From the NCBI RefSeq assembly GCF_009914755.1, contig NC_060944.1: a DNA stretch of 64,000 bases; one strand, written 5' to 3'. Positions 1-16,943 of this stretch are shown one piece after another. Within the stretch, counting starts at the first letter, position 1, and each line of letters opens with the position of its first letter. Position numbers and translations under genes: made by a program. Origin of the DNA: the human T2T-CHM13v2.0 reference genome, Homo sapiens. The notes under the pieces were generated by a model. That model worked only from the letters and a program-made list of their open reading frames with translations, was not told the DNA's origin and ran no database searches.

Positions 1-264
<264 letters not shown>

Positions 265-431
265 TCACCTGGGCTGTTTCCTGTTTGGAGCTTTATGAAT
301 AAGGCTTCTGTGAACATTCTTGTGCAAGTCTTTTTATAGGCATAGGTTTTTATTTCATTTGGATGAATATCTAAAGGCAGAATGGCTGGGTCATATGGCA
401 TGTGAATGTTTAACTTTATAAGAACCTACTG

Positions 432-1308
<877 letters not shown>

Positions 1309-1378
1309 TCAGAGGACTTTTTTTACTGACTCTCCAGACATTGGCATAGTATTCAGCCTTAAAAAGAACTGAATTTCT

Positions 1379-1928
<550 letters not shown>

Positions 1929-2824
1929 CTATGATTCCATTTATGTGAAATGGCCCGTCCACAGAGACAGATTGGTGGTTGCCAGGAGCTGGGGTTGGGA
2001 GAAGGAAGAGTAACTGACTGACTGGTGCGCAGGGCTTTTGAAAAAGTTTAACACTTAGATTATGGTGCTGCTCACACAACTCCATAAATATACTGTAAAC
2101 CATGGACTTGTGCACTTAAACAGGCAGCTTTCTGGTATAAAAATTACATCTCAGTAAAGCAGTTTGAAAAATGAAGACTCGAACTCTAGAAGGCAACAGT
2201 CTGAAAACAATAGGTTTCCTCCAGAAAGTTCCGCTGAGGTAAAGCTCATTCTAGTCTGAGAGCAGATGACCTTCTCTTGTCTTTTCAAACCTTAGACTTC
2301 AGTGTTGTCCTTGCCTCACCTTAGACCCTGAGAGGAGCATCAGACCTGCTCGTTCGCTGGTGAACCCAAGTCCAGCAGGTGCTGCCCTGGTGCGGGGGTC
2401 CCTCAGCCACCTGTTGAGTGACGGGAGGTTGCCTCTAAAAAGGAGAGGAATTGAAATCCTCACACTGGGGATATTGGTCCTCCTCCACACCCCCACCCCG
2501 GCATTTCCTAGTGCAGCCAGCGATCCTCCTGTTTTCTCAGTGGGTGTGCCTGGCCTGGACTCCACCCAAGCCAAACAGCCGAGGTGAAATGGTTGGGCAG
2601 AGCAAACAGGCTTTTGCCAGGAGCCTTGCTTTACTTCCCCTTGGACAAATCACACTGGGCTTAAAGCCTCCACTGGAATTCCTCCTGCTGCTGTGAGGCC
2701 CAGAGTGGCCACATCCCCTGCCTGATGGGGTCTTGAGTCACTAGCTCTCTCTGGGTTTTACCTTGACCTAGTGAATGTTTTTCTAAGAATATTTTATTAT
2801 TGAGGTATCATTTTCATATAATAG

Positions 2825-3789
2825 TGAAGGGGTGGGTTGCCCCTCCACACCTGTGGGTGTTTCTCATTAGGTGGAACAAGAGACTTGGAAAAGAAAGAGA
2901 CACAGAGACAAAGTAGAGAGAAAGAAAAAAGGGGGCCCAGGGGACCAGCGTTCAGCATACGGAAGATCCCACCAGCCTCTGAGTTCCCTTAGTATTTATT
3001 GATCATTCTTGGGTGTTTCTCGGAGAGGGGGATGTGGCAGGGTCATAGGATAATAGTGGAGAGAAGGTCAGCAGGTAAACACGTGAACAATGGTCTCTGC
3101 ATCATGAACAAGGTAAAGAATTAAGTGCTGTGCTTTAGATATACATACACATAAACATCTCAATGCCTTAAAAAGCAGTATTGCTGCCCTCATGTCCCAC
3201 CTCCAGCCCTAAGGCGGTTTTCCCCTATCTCAGTAGATGGACTATACAATCGGGTTTTACACCAAGACATTCCATTGCCCAGGGACGAGCAGGAGACAGA
3301 TGCCTTCCTCTTGTCTCAACTGCAAAGAGGCGTTCTTTCCTCTTTTACTAATCCTCCTCAGCACAGACCCTTTATGGGTGTCGGGCTGGGGGATGGTCAG
3401 GTCTTTCCCTTCCCATGAGGCCATATCTCAGGCTATCACATGGGGAGAAACCTTGGACAATACCTGGCTTTCCTAGGCAGAGGTCCCTGCGGCCTTCCCC
3501 AGTGTTTTGTGTCCCTGGATACTTGAGATTAGGGAGTGGTGATGACTCTTAAGGAGCATGCTGCCTTCAAGCATCTGTTTAACAAAGCACATCTTGCACA
3601 GCCCTTAATCCATTTAACCCTGAGTTGACACAGCACATGTTTCAAGGAGCACAGAGTTGGGGGTAAGGTTACAGATTAACAGAATCTCAAGGCAGAAGAA
3701 TTTTTCTTAGTACAGAACAAAATGGAGTCTCCTATGTCTACTTCTTTCTACACAGACACAGTAACAATCTGATCTCTCTTTTCCTCACA
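2825..3789 (-). mobile_element. HERV-K(HML-2) solo LTR (LTR5, LTR5B-like)
   Basis: Reverse complement begins TGTGAGGAAAAGAGAGATCAGATTGTTACTG and ends CCCCTTCA; 965 bp; 6-bp TSD TAATAG (2819-2824 / 3790-3795). Confidence 0.93.
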
Positions 3790-4335
3790 TAATAGGACAC
3801 ACAGATCTTAGGTGTACAGTTCAAATCATTTTGGCAAATGCATGCACCCATGTGGCTCACACCCCCATCAAAATAGAGAACATTGCTATTACCCCAGAAA
3901 ACTCTGAGAGTACCCTGCCCCTGGACTCTAGCAGCCCCTATCTGATGTCCGTCATGACGTATTACTGTCACCCGTTCTGGAACATTATGTAAATGGCATC
4001 ATCCAGTGTCTGCTCTTGTGTGTCTGGTCTTCAGCTAAGCATGATGTTTGTGAGATTCATGCAGGTGGATGCATGCAGCTCATTCCTTTTCATTGTTGAA
4101 TAGTAATCAATTATTTCAACATACCACACTTTGTTTCTTCATTTGCCTGTTGATATTCCCCTGGGCTGTTTCCTCTTTGGAGCTTTAATGAATAAGTCTT
4201 CTGTGTCCATTCTTGTGCAAGGCTTTTATAGGCATATATTTTTATTTCTTTTGGATGAATATCTAAAGGCAGAATGGCTGGGTCATATGTCATGTGAATG
4301 TTTAACTTTATAAGAACCTATAAGAACCTACTAAT

Positions 4336-4631
<296 letters not shown>

Positions 4632-4779
4632 CTACCAACATGGCTGTAACATTTTACTCTCCCATTAGCAGTGTGTGAGGATTCCAGTTGCTCCACATCC
4701 ATGCTAGCACTTGGTACTGTCCGTAATTTTAATATTAACTGTTCTGGGGGGAGTACTGCTGTCCTATTATGCTGTTGTC

Positions 4780-4904
4780 ATTTTTTGAACAGATAGGGTC
4801 TCACTAAGTTGCCCAGGCTGGACTCAAACTCCTGAGCTCAAGTGATTCTCCCACCTCAGCTTCAGAGTAGCTGGAACTACAGGTGCATGCCACCACACCT
4901 GGCT
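4780..4904 (-). mobile_element. Alu monomer (FLAM-like)
   Basis: Single antisense monomer. Confidence 0.7.
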
Positions 4905-5134
4905 CCATGGAGTTTTAATGTGCATCACCCTGAGTGAGGCAGTGAATTTTAAAGGAGCCTCCAAGAATCCTCCTGCCCAGGCCAGCCTGCCTCCCCTCCC
5001 AAGCACCCTGTTGCCTGGCATGCTGCATAGAGAACCAATGGGACTCCTTCCTGAGGACTCACCTGTGAGCCTGGACGTGCAAGGCAGCGCTACAGATACA
5101 GGTTCCTCGCCCAGAGGTCCACACTCCAGGGTAG

Positions 5135-5450
5135 TGAACGGCCAACTCTTTCTGTAAAGAGCAGCCGGTAAATATTTCAGGCTTTGCAGGCCATGCAGTC
5201 TCTGTTTTGGCTGCTCACCTCTGCTGCCGAAGAGTGACAGAAACTTAGACAACTGTAAATGAATGAGAGAAGCTGTGTCCCAACTTGATTTATGGACACT
5301 GAAATTCAAATTTCATATCATTTTAACACCATGATTACTTGGATTTTTTTTTCAATCATTTAAAAATGTAAAAGGTATTCCTAGCTTGAGAGCCGTACAA
5401 AAACAGGCAGGGGATCAGATCCAGAGGCTCCTGTGCTCAGTGCCCCGTTT
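5135..5450 (+). mobile_element. MER58B-like hAT-Charlie DNA transposon remnant
   Basis: Matches recalled consensus segments TTTCTGTAAAG...TAAATATTT.AGGCTTTGC.GGCCA, TTTATGGACACTGAAATT, CATTTAAAAATGTAAAA, GCCGTACAAAAACAGGC. Confidence 0.75.
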
Positions 5451-5768
5451 TAGGCAGGAAGAGCAGCCAGCTCGGGGCACTTCTGCACTAGGCAGGCTCT
5501 CAGGAGCGGCTTCGCAGAGAACCAGGCGGACCACACGGAGCTCCAGCATCCTGCCTGCTCCAGGAGGCAGCTTCCTCAGGATGAGTCCAGGTAGGGACCC
5601 ACACCACTCCCAAGGGAAACACCGAAGGGCCAGAGGAGGGAGACAGCCAGGCTGGGAAGGGCTTGAGAGTGCCCGATTGGTGTCCACAGCTCCTCCCTGC
5701 CCAGCAGGCAGCTCCCAAGCTCCCTGATTACGGGCTTCCTCTGTCTCCCTCCGGCCTCCCTGACATCA

Positions 5769-6413
<645 letters not shown>

Positions 6414-7569
6414 TGCAAGGCAAGTCCTGAGCCGGTGGCCCCCGGCCTCCTCCTGGGAAGACTGGCTGCTGGGCAGATTCCTTGTAGCTTGTGGAGAAGG
6501 CCTGGGTGTCGCTGGTACCACTGGCCTTAACGAAGGACCTAGAGCCCTGTTGGGTGTGGGGAGGGCCAGGAGGCATTAGATAAGGTAGGGAGGAAGATGG
6601 TGGACGGCCCATGACCGTGGGATGTGGGACCCCGCAGGCCCATGGCCCAGGTCCAGGGAGGTCTGTCACACCCACAGATGCTGCCCACAGGTGGTGGTTG
6701 CCAAGTGTGCCCATAGTACACTGTCACACTTGCATACACCAGACTGCAATGAAGAGCTTCTCCAGACCCCACTCCTCACAGCCCCTCCAGTTGCATGCAG
6801 CGGGAGGTTCAGCCACTGTCCTTCCTAACAGGGTAGAGGTCTGACGCCTGAGGGCTTTGGGGAACAGGATGTGCTCTTTTGGGCTGGTCCCTCACACAGC
6901 ATTACTCATCCATGTGGGAGAGCGAAGTCGTAGGTGACTCATCCTTCTGTTGGTGTGAATATGCCACAGTGTATTTATCCATTCCAGTGATGACAGACGT
7001 TTGCATCATTTCCAGTTTGGGACTGTTCTGAATAGGGCTGTTCTGAACGTTCTTGTACTTGCCTTGGGGTGAGCATAAGTATTCATTTCTGTTGGGTGTT
7101 TTCTTTGGAGTAGAATTGCTGGGTCATAGGGAGGCATTTGTTCAGTGAACACTGCCAGTTTTTCAAAGGGATTGTACTAACCTATAAGGAGTTGTGTTGA
7201 TGTGGAAACTGAAGGCGCTGAGAAGCACATTAGGGTTAGTGGGTGACATCAGGGACACCCCCAAACTGATATTGAGGGGGTCCAACTTGAGGTGTTCAGG
7301 ACCATTTCACAGGTGTCCCAAAGGACAGGGGCTCCAGCTGACACTGTCAGTCCTGACAAGAAAGGACTGAAATAGAATCTCCGGCATTTGCTGTAGGATT
7401 TGGATTTGAGGGGCTGTGAAAGGGGAGAATATTGGAAATGCCAGGCTGGGAGTCTGGAGATGGAGAGCAGCATGCTTTGATGCAACTGTGGGCCGTAGTG
7501 ACACAGGCTGAGGAAGGAGTCAGAGCCCAGGCAGTCTGGCATGCTGGGCAAGTCCCACCGGTTCAGAGA

Positions 7570-7914
7570 AGGGGCAAGGGTTTGAATGCCTTCCCCTCCA
7601 GAACTCGTGTTGAATTTCGATTGCTGGTGTAATGGTATTGGGAGGTGGCGCCTTTAAGAGGCGATTAAGCCATGAGAGCTGCACCCTTATGGTGGGTTTA
7701 ATGCCTTACTGAGAGGGCTTTGGGAGTGGGTTCTCTCTTGGCTTTTCACCTTCTGCCATGTAAGCATGCAGCCTTCCTCCCCTCCGGAGGACGCACCGTG
7801 CAAAAGACACCATGGAAGAAGCAAAGAGCCTCACCAGGCCCCAAACCTGCCGGCATCTTGACTGCACACTGAGAAGGACACTCCATCCTTAGACTTTTCA
7901 GCCTCCAGAACCGT
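7570..7914 (+). mobile_element. Older MaLR LTR fragment (MST/MLT1-like)
   Basis: gggaggtggcgcctttaagaggcgatta...gccggcatcttga...ttagacttttcagcctccagaaccgtgag are MaLR motifs. Confidence 0.6.
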
Positions 7915-7919
7915 GAGGT

Positions 7920-8332
7920 TGTAGTAGTCCATTTTTGCATTGCTCTAAATACTTGAGACTGGGTAATTTATAAAGAAAAGAGGTTTAATTGGCTCATAGT
8001 TCTGCAGGCTGTATAGCAAGCGTAGTACCGATATCTGCTCAGCCTCTGGGGAGGCCTCAGGAATCTTACAATCATGGTGGAAGGCGAAGGGGAAGGCAGG
8101 CAGATCACATGGCCAGAGCAGAAGCAAGGGGTGGGGCGCACACTTTTAAACAACCAGATTTCGTGAAAACTCACTATCTTGAGAACAGCATCAAGGAGAT
8201 GGTGCTAAACCATTCATGAGAAATCCACCCCATCATCGAGTCACTTCTCACCAGGCCCTACCTCCAAAACAACTCAACATAATCACAATTCACCACGAGG
8301 TTTAGGTGGGAACACAGACCCAAACCGTATCA
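7920..8332 (-). mobile_element. MaLR solo LTR (MSTB-like)
   Basis: TG...CA termini, gactgggtaatttataaagaaaagaggtttaattggctca motif; 5-bp TSD GAGGT (7915-7919 / 8333-8337). Confidence 0.85.
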
Positions 8333-9284
8333 GAGGTCTTTGTGTTTTGTGCGGATGTGAAGCTCAGTGCCTGGCTGGCAGTAGGTGCAGTGCAGATGGA
8401 GCCAGTGTGTGATGAATGAAGGAAGGGTCCTTTGCTGGTGGGGTCCGGGTCTCACCAACCTGGTGTCCCCTCGGGGCCTAACGGGTGGGAAGTGGCCAGA
8501 TGGAGGACTCCTCCTGGGTTGTCTGAGAACACTGGGCCGGCGCACTTCGGTGGCCCAGAGGCAGTTCCTAGGTACACTTGCTTTCCAGCGCCATTTCCAC
8601 AGGTGCTGTGCTCATCCTTCTCACTTTAATTCAGGCTAGCTGGAGAGAGCCAGGCTTTCTCAGTGTGAACTTAACCTGTCCTCTGGAGAGGCCGGACATT
8701 TTAACAGCCAGGCCTGTGGGTGCACTGGAACCTTCCACTCAGTGCTATGCTGGCAGGTTTGTGTTGGCCAGATGGGTGGGAGGACCCCTGAGCGTCTAAG
8801 TGACGATTTCATCCCGGGCCTGATACAGACTGAGCAGGAAGTGGTGGGGTGCAGACATGCATATTGGTGGCTCAGCCTGGCCTTCTGAGCCCTGCCTCTT
8901 GGATGAAACCACCCACCTGGTCACTCTGGGGCAGCGAGGAGTGCAGCCCAGTGCTCAGCTCCACAGTGACCACTACAGCTCCCAGGGTGGGCCCGTTTAA
9001 CATATACCCTCTCCCCCAAAGTCAGGACATGTTTCTGACTTGTAAGACAGAAGGGTGGTGGCCCTAGGCTGTGACCAGCTTGCTATCTCTTTAGCATGCT
9101 AACCTGTCCCTTACTAACTCCTGTCAGGGGAGGGCTGGGGCAGGGTACCAGGCCCACTCTCGTCCCAGCTCTGGGACTCATCTCGCAGTCATTCAGTAGC
9201 GGTGGTTAGGCCTAGCTCACAGATGCCTTGAGGCCCCCCCAAGAGTCCCTGTGCCCCCATCCACATACTGGGGAAGTCCTGCTA

Positions 9285-9742
<458 letters not shown>

Positions 9743-10210
9743 TTATTTGCAAGTTTGGGAAACTGCCTCAAGTATTATCTGCACTTCTATAAACTGTGTC
9801 CTAGAAGCCTGTACTATGTTATTATGTAATGTAATATACTACATATGTTAGTGTATAATATACTGCGTTATGTTACAGCAGAGTAAGTGATGTTTGTCCT
9901 TCTTGGTGCACTGAATCAGACTCATAGTGTGGGTTTGTCCCCTGGGTGGCAATGCTAAGTTGTGTCACTTCATGAGGCTGGAGTCTGCCATAACTCTCCA
10001 TTGCAAATCCCTTTTCCCTTTTATAGCTAATAAAGATAATGTGTAGGGTGAGGCTTTGAGATGGAATGAATCCCCTGTTCCCCTGTGGCCGTTGTCCAGT
10101 AGTTCTCAGAATCTCCTCCTGCATTGATTTGGCATCCTGTAGAGAGGAGCGGCTTCCTTCTTCCCTATCTCCATTTCATTTCTTCTCAGTATCACTCTGG
10201 TCTCATAGAT

Positions 10211-11180
10211 TGTGGGGAAAAGAAAGAGAGATCAGATTGTTACTGTGTCTGTGTAGAAAGAAGTAGACATAGGAGACTCCATTTTGTTCTGTACTAAGAA
10301 AAATTCTTCTGCCTTGAGATGCTGTTAATCTATAACCTTACCCCCAACCCTATGCTCTCTGAAACATGTGCTGTGTCAACTCAGGGTTAAATGGATTAAG
10401 GGCTGTGTAAGATGTGCTTTGTTAAACAGATGCTTGAAGGCAGCATGCTCATTAAGAGTCATCACCACTCCCTAATCTCAAGTACCCAGGGACACAAACA
10501 CTGCGGAAGGCCGCCGCAGGGACGTCCACCTAGGAAAGTCAGGTATTGTCCAAAGTTTCTCCCCATGTGATAGTCTGAAATATGGCCTCGTGGGAAGGGA
10601 AAGACCTGACCGTCCCCCAGCCCGACACCCATAAAGGGTCTGTGCTGAGGAGGATTAGTAAAAGAGGAAGGAACGCTTCTTTGCAGTTGAGACAAGAGGA
10701 AGGCATCTGTCTCCTGCCCCTCCCTGGGCAATGGAATGTCTCGGTATAAAACCCGATTGTATGTTCCATCTACTGAGATGGGGTAAACTGCCTTAGGGCT
10801 GGAGGTGGGACATGCGGGCAACAATACTGCTCTGTAAGACATTGAGATGTTTATGTGTATGCATATCTAAAGCACAGCACTTAATTCTTTATCTTGTCTA
10901 TGATGCAGAGACCTTTGTTCATGTGTTTATCTGCTGACCTTCTCTCCACTATTATCCTGTGACCCTGCCACATCCCCCTCTCCGAGAAACACCCAATAAT
11001 GATCAATAAATACTAAGGGAACTCAGAGGCTGGCAGGATCCTCCATATGCTGAACGCTGGTCCCCTGGGCCCCCTTATTTCTTTCTCTATACTTTGTCTC
11101 TGTGTCTTTTTCTTTTCCAAGTCTCTCGTTCCACCTAACGAGAAATACCCACAGGTGTGGAGGGGCAACCCAGCCCTTCA
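10211..11180 (+). mobile_element. HERV-K(HML-2) solo LTR (LTR5, LTR5B-like)
   Basis: Begins TGTGGGGAAAAGAAAGAGAGATCAGATTG, ends CCCTTCA; 970 bp; 6-bp TSD ATAGAT (10205-10210 / 11181-11186); TATAAA and AATAAA retained. Confidence 0.94.
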
Positions 11181-11711
11181 ATAGATTCTTTTTCCTTTAA
11201 TGTCAGTGTGTTAAAATCATTAATGTCACTAAGAATATCTGTTGACACACCCCAGTGGAGGGAGGGCATCAGTTCCACAGTGTCATTCCAGCTGGTGGGC
11301 TCTTTATTCCCTCGAGCTTTATAATTACCAGCCTCTCAAAAATAATGCATTTGTTATTTATCTCTGTTTCCTGAAAGCCTGGGTCTGTGTTCATTTGCAA
11401 ACATGAAATTGACCAGCACAGATCTGCCAGTGGCGTTGCTGGGATCCCAGAGAGATTTTCCCTCCGCACCTGCGGTCTCAAGGGCCGGCGGTGCTTCTGA
11501 GTCACTCATTTCACCAGCGATCAATGAGACACTCTTCAGGTCCTCAAGAAGCTTAAGCCTAGCCGACCAAAAATGTCTGTTTTCCACACCCCGCTTCTAA
11601 GTCCCACAGCATCTTCTTCCATTCACAAGACATCTTTCATCTCTTTTTCTGAGGCAGATGACAGGGGACTTGCTACAGACAGAATCTTAAATACCTATTT
11701 AAAGAACTTCA

Positions 11712-12017
<306 letters not shown>

Positions 12018-12637
12018 TTAAAGGTAATGTATTATCTCCAGCAACACAGAATAGCTCCCTACAACAGTAACGAAACCAGAACCAGCATCCATCCCTTCTT
12101 AGTGATTTTTTAAAAATTACCTCCCAAAAGGAGAAGACAGAGACGTAGAGGACAGTCTAAAACAGGGATTCCCTGATGCTGAGGTTAGCAGATGCTCTGG
12201 CCTGATCACTGCTCTGATCCAGGCTGCCAGAACAATCCTTTCTCTTAGAAGGGCAAAACTGCTTTTCAGCTTTATATAAAATAAAAGCATAGCCCAATTT
12301 CTTTCCATTTTGCCTGTTCTGAAGCCTGGCAGTTTTGTTGCTAAAATGGAAGATGAAGCTGAATCCAACTCTTGGTTATTTACAGAAGGAAAAAAATCTT
12401 TTCCCCAGCCCATGTTAGGGTCTCCAGCTAGGGGGCCTCTAATTACACCAGCCAAAGACAATTCAATCAGGCAAGAAAAAAACAAGTTTATTGGCATGTG
12501 CATTGCACTTACATGTGGCAGTACCTGGCAATGAATAACCCAAAGTGTGGTCAGGACTTGGGTTCATCTATCATCTTAGGCTGACATAAAGGAAAAGGCC
12601 TGGAGCTTCTGGGCAGGGGAGGCATGTAGTGGGAAGG

Positions 12638-13000
12638 TGTCTTGGTCTATTTGTGCTGCTGTAACAGAATGCCACAGACTGTGTAATTTATAAAGAAAAG
12701 TGGCTTATCTGGCTCATGGTTCTGAAGACTGGGAAGTCCAAGAGCATGGCATTGGCATCTGGTGAGGGCCTTTATGCTACATTGTCCCATGGAAGGAGGG
12801 TGGAAGTACAAGAGAGGGTGAAAGAGACAGAACAAGAGAGGGTCAAACTCATTTTTATAACAACCCACTCCCACAATGGCATTAATCTATCCTTGAGGGT
12901 GGAGGCCTTATGGCCTAATCACCTCTGAACAGTCCTACCTCTTATACAATGGCAATTAAATTTCAACATGAGTTTTGGAGGGTATATTCAAACCTCAGCA
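12638..13000 (-). mobile_element. MaLR solo LTR (MSTD/MLT1A-like) nested in another LTR-like sequence (about 12380-13290)
   Basis: TG...CA termini and 5-bp TSD GAAGG (12633-12637 / 13001-13005); host family not identified. Confidence 0.75.
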
Positions 13001-13371
13001 GAAGGTGCCCAGGAAAAGTATGGTAAACAAGGGTTGTTTAGGAAGGTTTGTTATGCAGACTTAAGTCAGTACTTTCTTCCACTGATAAGAGTTGTTACAA
13101 GATATCCTCTTCCTTGCATGGAAGAGGGAGACGTGGAAATTTCCTTTATAATAAATGTGAATTTTTTTTACAAAATGAAAATGGTTTTTAGAGCCTTTCC
13201 TGTGGTCTGCTGGTTCTTAATGGCCTTTAATTCAAAATAATCCACATGCGAAGAGGCATATTTTGGGGTGGTGTATCCCAATGCCCCTCAGATGCCTCTT
13301 TTGTGAACTGTCCAAGTGGATGCCCACCTCAGGACCTTTGCATTTGCTATTCCCCCAGATTCATTCATGCC

Positions 13372-13650
13372 TTTTTTTTTTTTTAGATGGAGTCTTGCCC
13401 TGTCGCCCAGACTGCAATCTCGGCTCACTGCAACCTCCACCTCCGGGTTCAAGCGATTCTCATACCTCAGACTCCCAAGTGCTGGGATTACAGGCATGCG
13501 CCACCACGCCCAGCTAACTTTTGTATTTTTGGTAGAGACGGGGTTTCATCATGTTGGCCAGGCCGGTCTTGAACTCGTGACTTCAAGTGATCCACCCACC
13601 CTGGCCTCCCAAAGTGCTGAGATTACAGGTGTGAGCCACTGCACCTGGTC
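13372..13650 (-). mobile_element. AluS element
   Basis: Antisense Alu starting with poly-T. Confidence 0.88.
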
Positions 13651-13769
13651 CATTCTTTCATTTTTTTTTTTTAGTCTCAGCTCAGATATCACCTCCTGTA
13701 ACTAACAGCTCAACCTGCTTTTCTTTACAACACTTAAAACTATCTAAAAATTATTTATTTGAAAATGAT

Positions 13770-14103
<334 letters not shown>

Positions 14104-14312
14104 TTAATACTGGGACTCATTTAGCCACTTCAGCAATATTAGCGGCCAGAGGAGGTGAGGAGACATGATGGTGAGAGGGCTCCTTCCTGCGTCAACCATG
14201 CGCATTATGAAGAGTCACATCATGAAGATTCAGTATTGGACTAAGTGCTGCAGGAGAGGGGAAGGAACATGGCAGCTCCCAGGAAGAGGAAATGACATCT
14301 GGGTAAGATAAC

Positions 14313-14783
14313 TGTTAAAGAAAAAAAATAATCAATAGCATTTGTTAAAGCATGGTACCAGACTTTATTCACAACCATCATGATAGGTACAGGGACCACT
14401 GCAACGGGATCTTGCAGCAGGGGAGAGAGATTGGGCTCAACTCCGAAAACAGCATGGGCAAGTGGGCATTTATAGCCAAGGACTGGGGGAGGGGTCAGTG
14501 GATGGACAGTTACTAAGAGGGCACTTCAGGGGTCCAGGTGATTGTGTCTAAACCACCTCATAGGATTCCTGTTGAAGGCAGGCCAGGGTGATTGGACAGC
14601 ATGGGGGATGGTGGAGCATGGGGAGCCTGATCAGATGTCACCAAGGGGGATCAGATATCAGGGGCAGGGAATCCTGCTAAATTGACAAAGCAGGGATTGC
14701 TAAAACAGATGTCACAGGGAAGTGTATGATGGCCCTACAAGGCTCAGAAGCCTGACTAGAGTTTGGTCAAAGAATTTTTGTCA
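14313..14783 (-). mobile_element. ERV1 solo LTR (MER31-like)
   Basis: Reverse complement begins TGACAAAAATTCTTTGACCAAACTCTAGTCAGGCT, resembling the recalled MER31 start; TG...CA termini. Confidence 0.6.
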
Positions 14784-16943
14784 GGATCATGGAAAATTTA
14801 ATAAAGTGTAGCTATGAAAGAAAGGACTTAAAATTTATTTAACCAGAGTAACAAAGAATTAAAAGTCAATCCAGTAAGAGAATATATAGGCCTTAAATCA
14901 GCATCCATTAGTGAAGTCTGTGGCCTCTAGTTTTTCTTACTAAAACTTACTCCACTTACAAAAGAAATATTGTGGAAAAAACAGGAAATACAAAATGTAT
15001 GGAGAAAATAAGATAACCCCCCTGATAATTCTTCCATTCAGAAATAACCAGTGTTTAGGTTTGGATATACACCTGTGTTTCTAACACAGTAGTCCCTAGC
15101 CACATGTGGTTATTTAATTTAAATTTAAATTGACTAAATGAAAGTAATATTCAAATCATTACTGTCATTTCTGCATTACATCCTTATTTTTGTGTTTCAT
15201 TTATCAGTATTGTGTCATCAATCACACCTTCCTAGCTAGCTATTAAAACAGTCATTCCTTTTAGCAGCACAATGGTTTATGATATTAACTTTGAGCACAG
15301 ATACATTTTTCTGGGCTTGTGCAGTGGAGCAGGGCTTGGCTGGGGTGAACCTTGGCTGTTTCCCTTATTAGCTGTGTGGGCTTAGGGAAGAGTTAACTTC
15401 TCTGTGGCTCACCTTCTCCATTGTCAAGCGGGGGTAATAGCAGGCTATTTGCAGGGATCAGGAGTTAATACGTGTACACTGCAAGTAATGATCAATAAGT
15501 GTCAGCGCCTCCATTCTTTGCCAGGTGTGCACCACAGCTGGGGGATTAAACTTTACCACACCACAGCAGATAACATATTTGCATAACTTGCTTTTTGTCT
15601 TCTTAAGCTTTCCTTGAACTCAATTCCCCAGAGTGGTAGAAGTGGTCATAGGGCACTATCATTTTTATGACTTCTGAATTGCCAGATCACCCTCAGAGAG
15701 ATTGCATCAGTGTTCGGAGCTTGCAGCCAAGCTCGACCCCACAGCCCTGCCATCTGTGCCCGAAGTTCGATCTTGTTGGCTCCAGAATCCCTAGGACATA
15801 GTGCAGGAGTGAATCCCGAGCTGGAGCTGGGTGGGCTGTGGGGTCATTCCAGATTGATTAACCTCCGACCTCTGAAGTCTGCAGCTGGAAGGGGCTCCAG
15901 GTAAGAAGATAACTTTGAAGCATCACACCAGGAAACCTACTGCACCTGGACTTTCATGACATTTCCTGCGGGCAATTTTTACCTCCACGAAATTCAGTAA
16001 CCTTTGCAGCCCCTTCAGCCCAAGACCACCAGGAGCAAACCTGTGGTCCACAAAATCGGGTGTACTGACCCACTGCAATGAGGGAGCGCCTCCCAAGAAC
16101 GAAGGGAAAGGCAGAGTTTGAAGGGGTTGAGGGAAGGCAGAGTTTAGGTGACCTTTACATGAAGCAGGGTTCCCACAGGCTGAGGCCAGCAGGACTGTGT
16201 TCCGCGGGGCCAAGTGTGGGAAGCTGTGTGCAGACGCCCCCTATCTGGAGCTGCAGCCTGGATTGGGATGACAGAGGCTAAGTCTCGGTTAGTGGCTGAG
16301 CTCCCCGGCCAGACGGGCATGTTTCCTTCTCCCTGCTGTAATCTCAAAGCGGACAGCGTCTGCCAGGTGGTTTCGGGAACAGGGTTTCTCCGAGGGCTAG
16401 GGGGCTGCGGTCCCTCCGAGGCGGGGTCGTGGTGGCATTTGGCTGTGGCTGCCTCGCGCCCTCGGGAACGGGCGTCTCCAGCTCGCTGGCAGCTGGTTTT
16501 CTCCACGTCTGTCATCGGCCTGGAGTGGCAAGCAAATAGCTGGTATTTTCAGAGCCGCCCTGCCCCGGACAGAGGAGACCGGGCCCAGCAGGCGTTGGTG
16601 GATGCCTTTCAAGCTGTAATCAGTTTCCCCGAACGTGTACCAGGTCTCGGCCACAGCCCGAGCCCAGCGCGCTCCCGCGGGGCACCTGGTGACCCGGTGC
16701 AGGGCGGGAGGGCCGGTCCCAGGAACCCGAGGGCCGGAGGGCAGGGCCCCCTTCCCGCACCGTCCCCGGGCTGGCAGGAGCGGCCACGACGGCACGCTCC
16801 GAGGCCCCGGGTCCCTTGCCCCCTCCAGTCGCTCCCACTTTCTGCCGGGCTTGCCCAACGAGGGGGCAAACACCACGCTCAGGTGGCGTGGACAGGTCGC
16901 TGCCGCCTCGGACTACACCAGAGATCTCAGCTATGAGCCTGGA

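Noticed and set aside
12117-12503. Minus-strand 128-aa ORF with faint reverse-transcriptase-like words (PGFRTGK, FYIKLKSSF)
   Set aside because: Motif spacing is much shorter than in real RT domains and the ORF begins in LTR-like sequence. An HMMER/Dfam search would be needed; unsupported as is.
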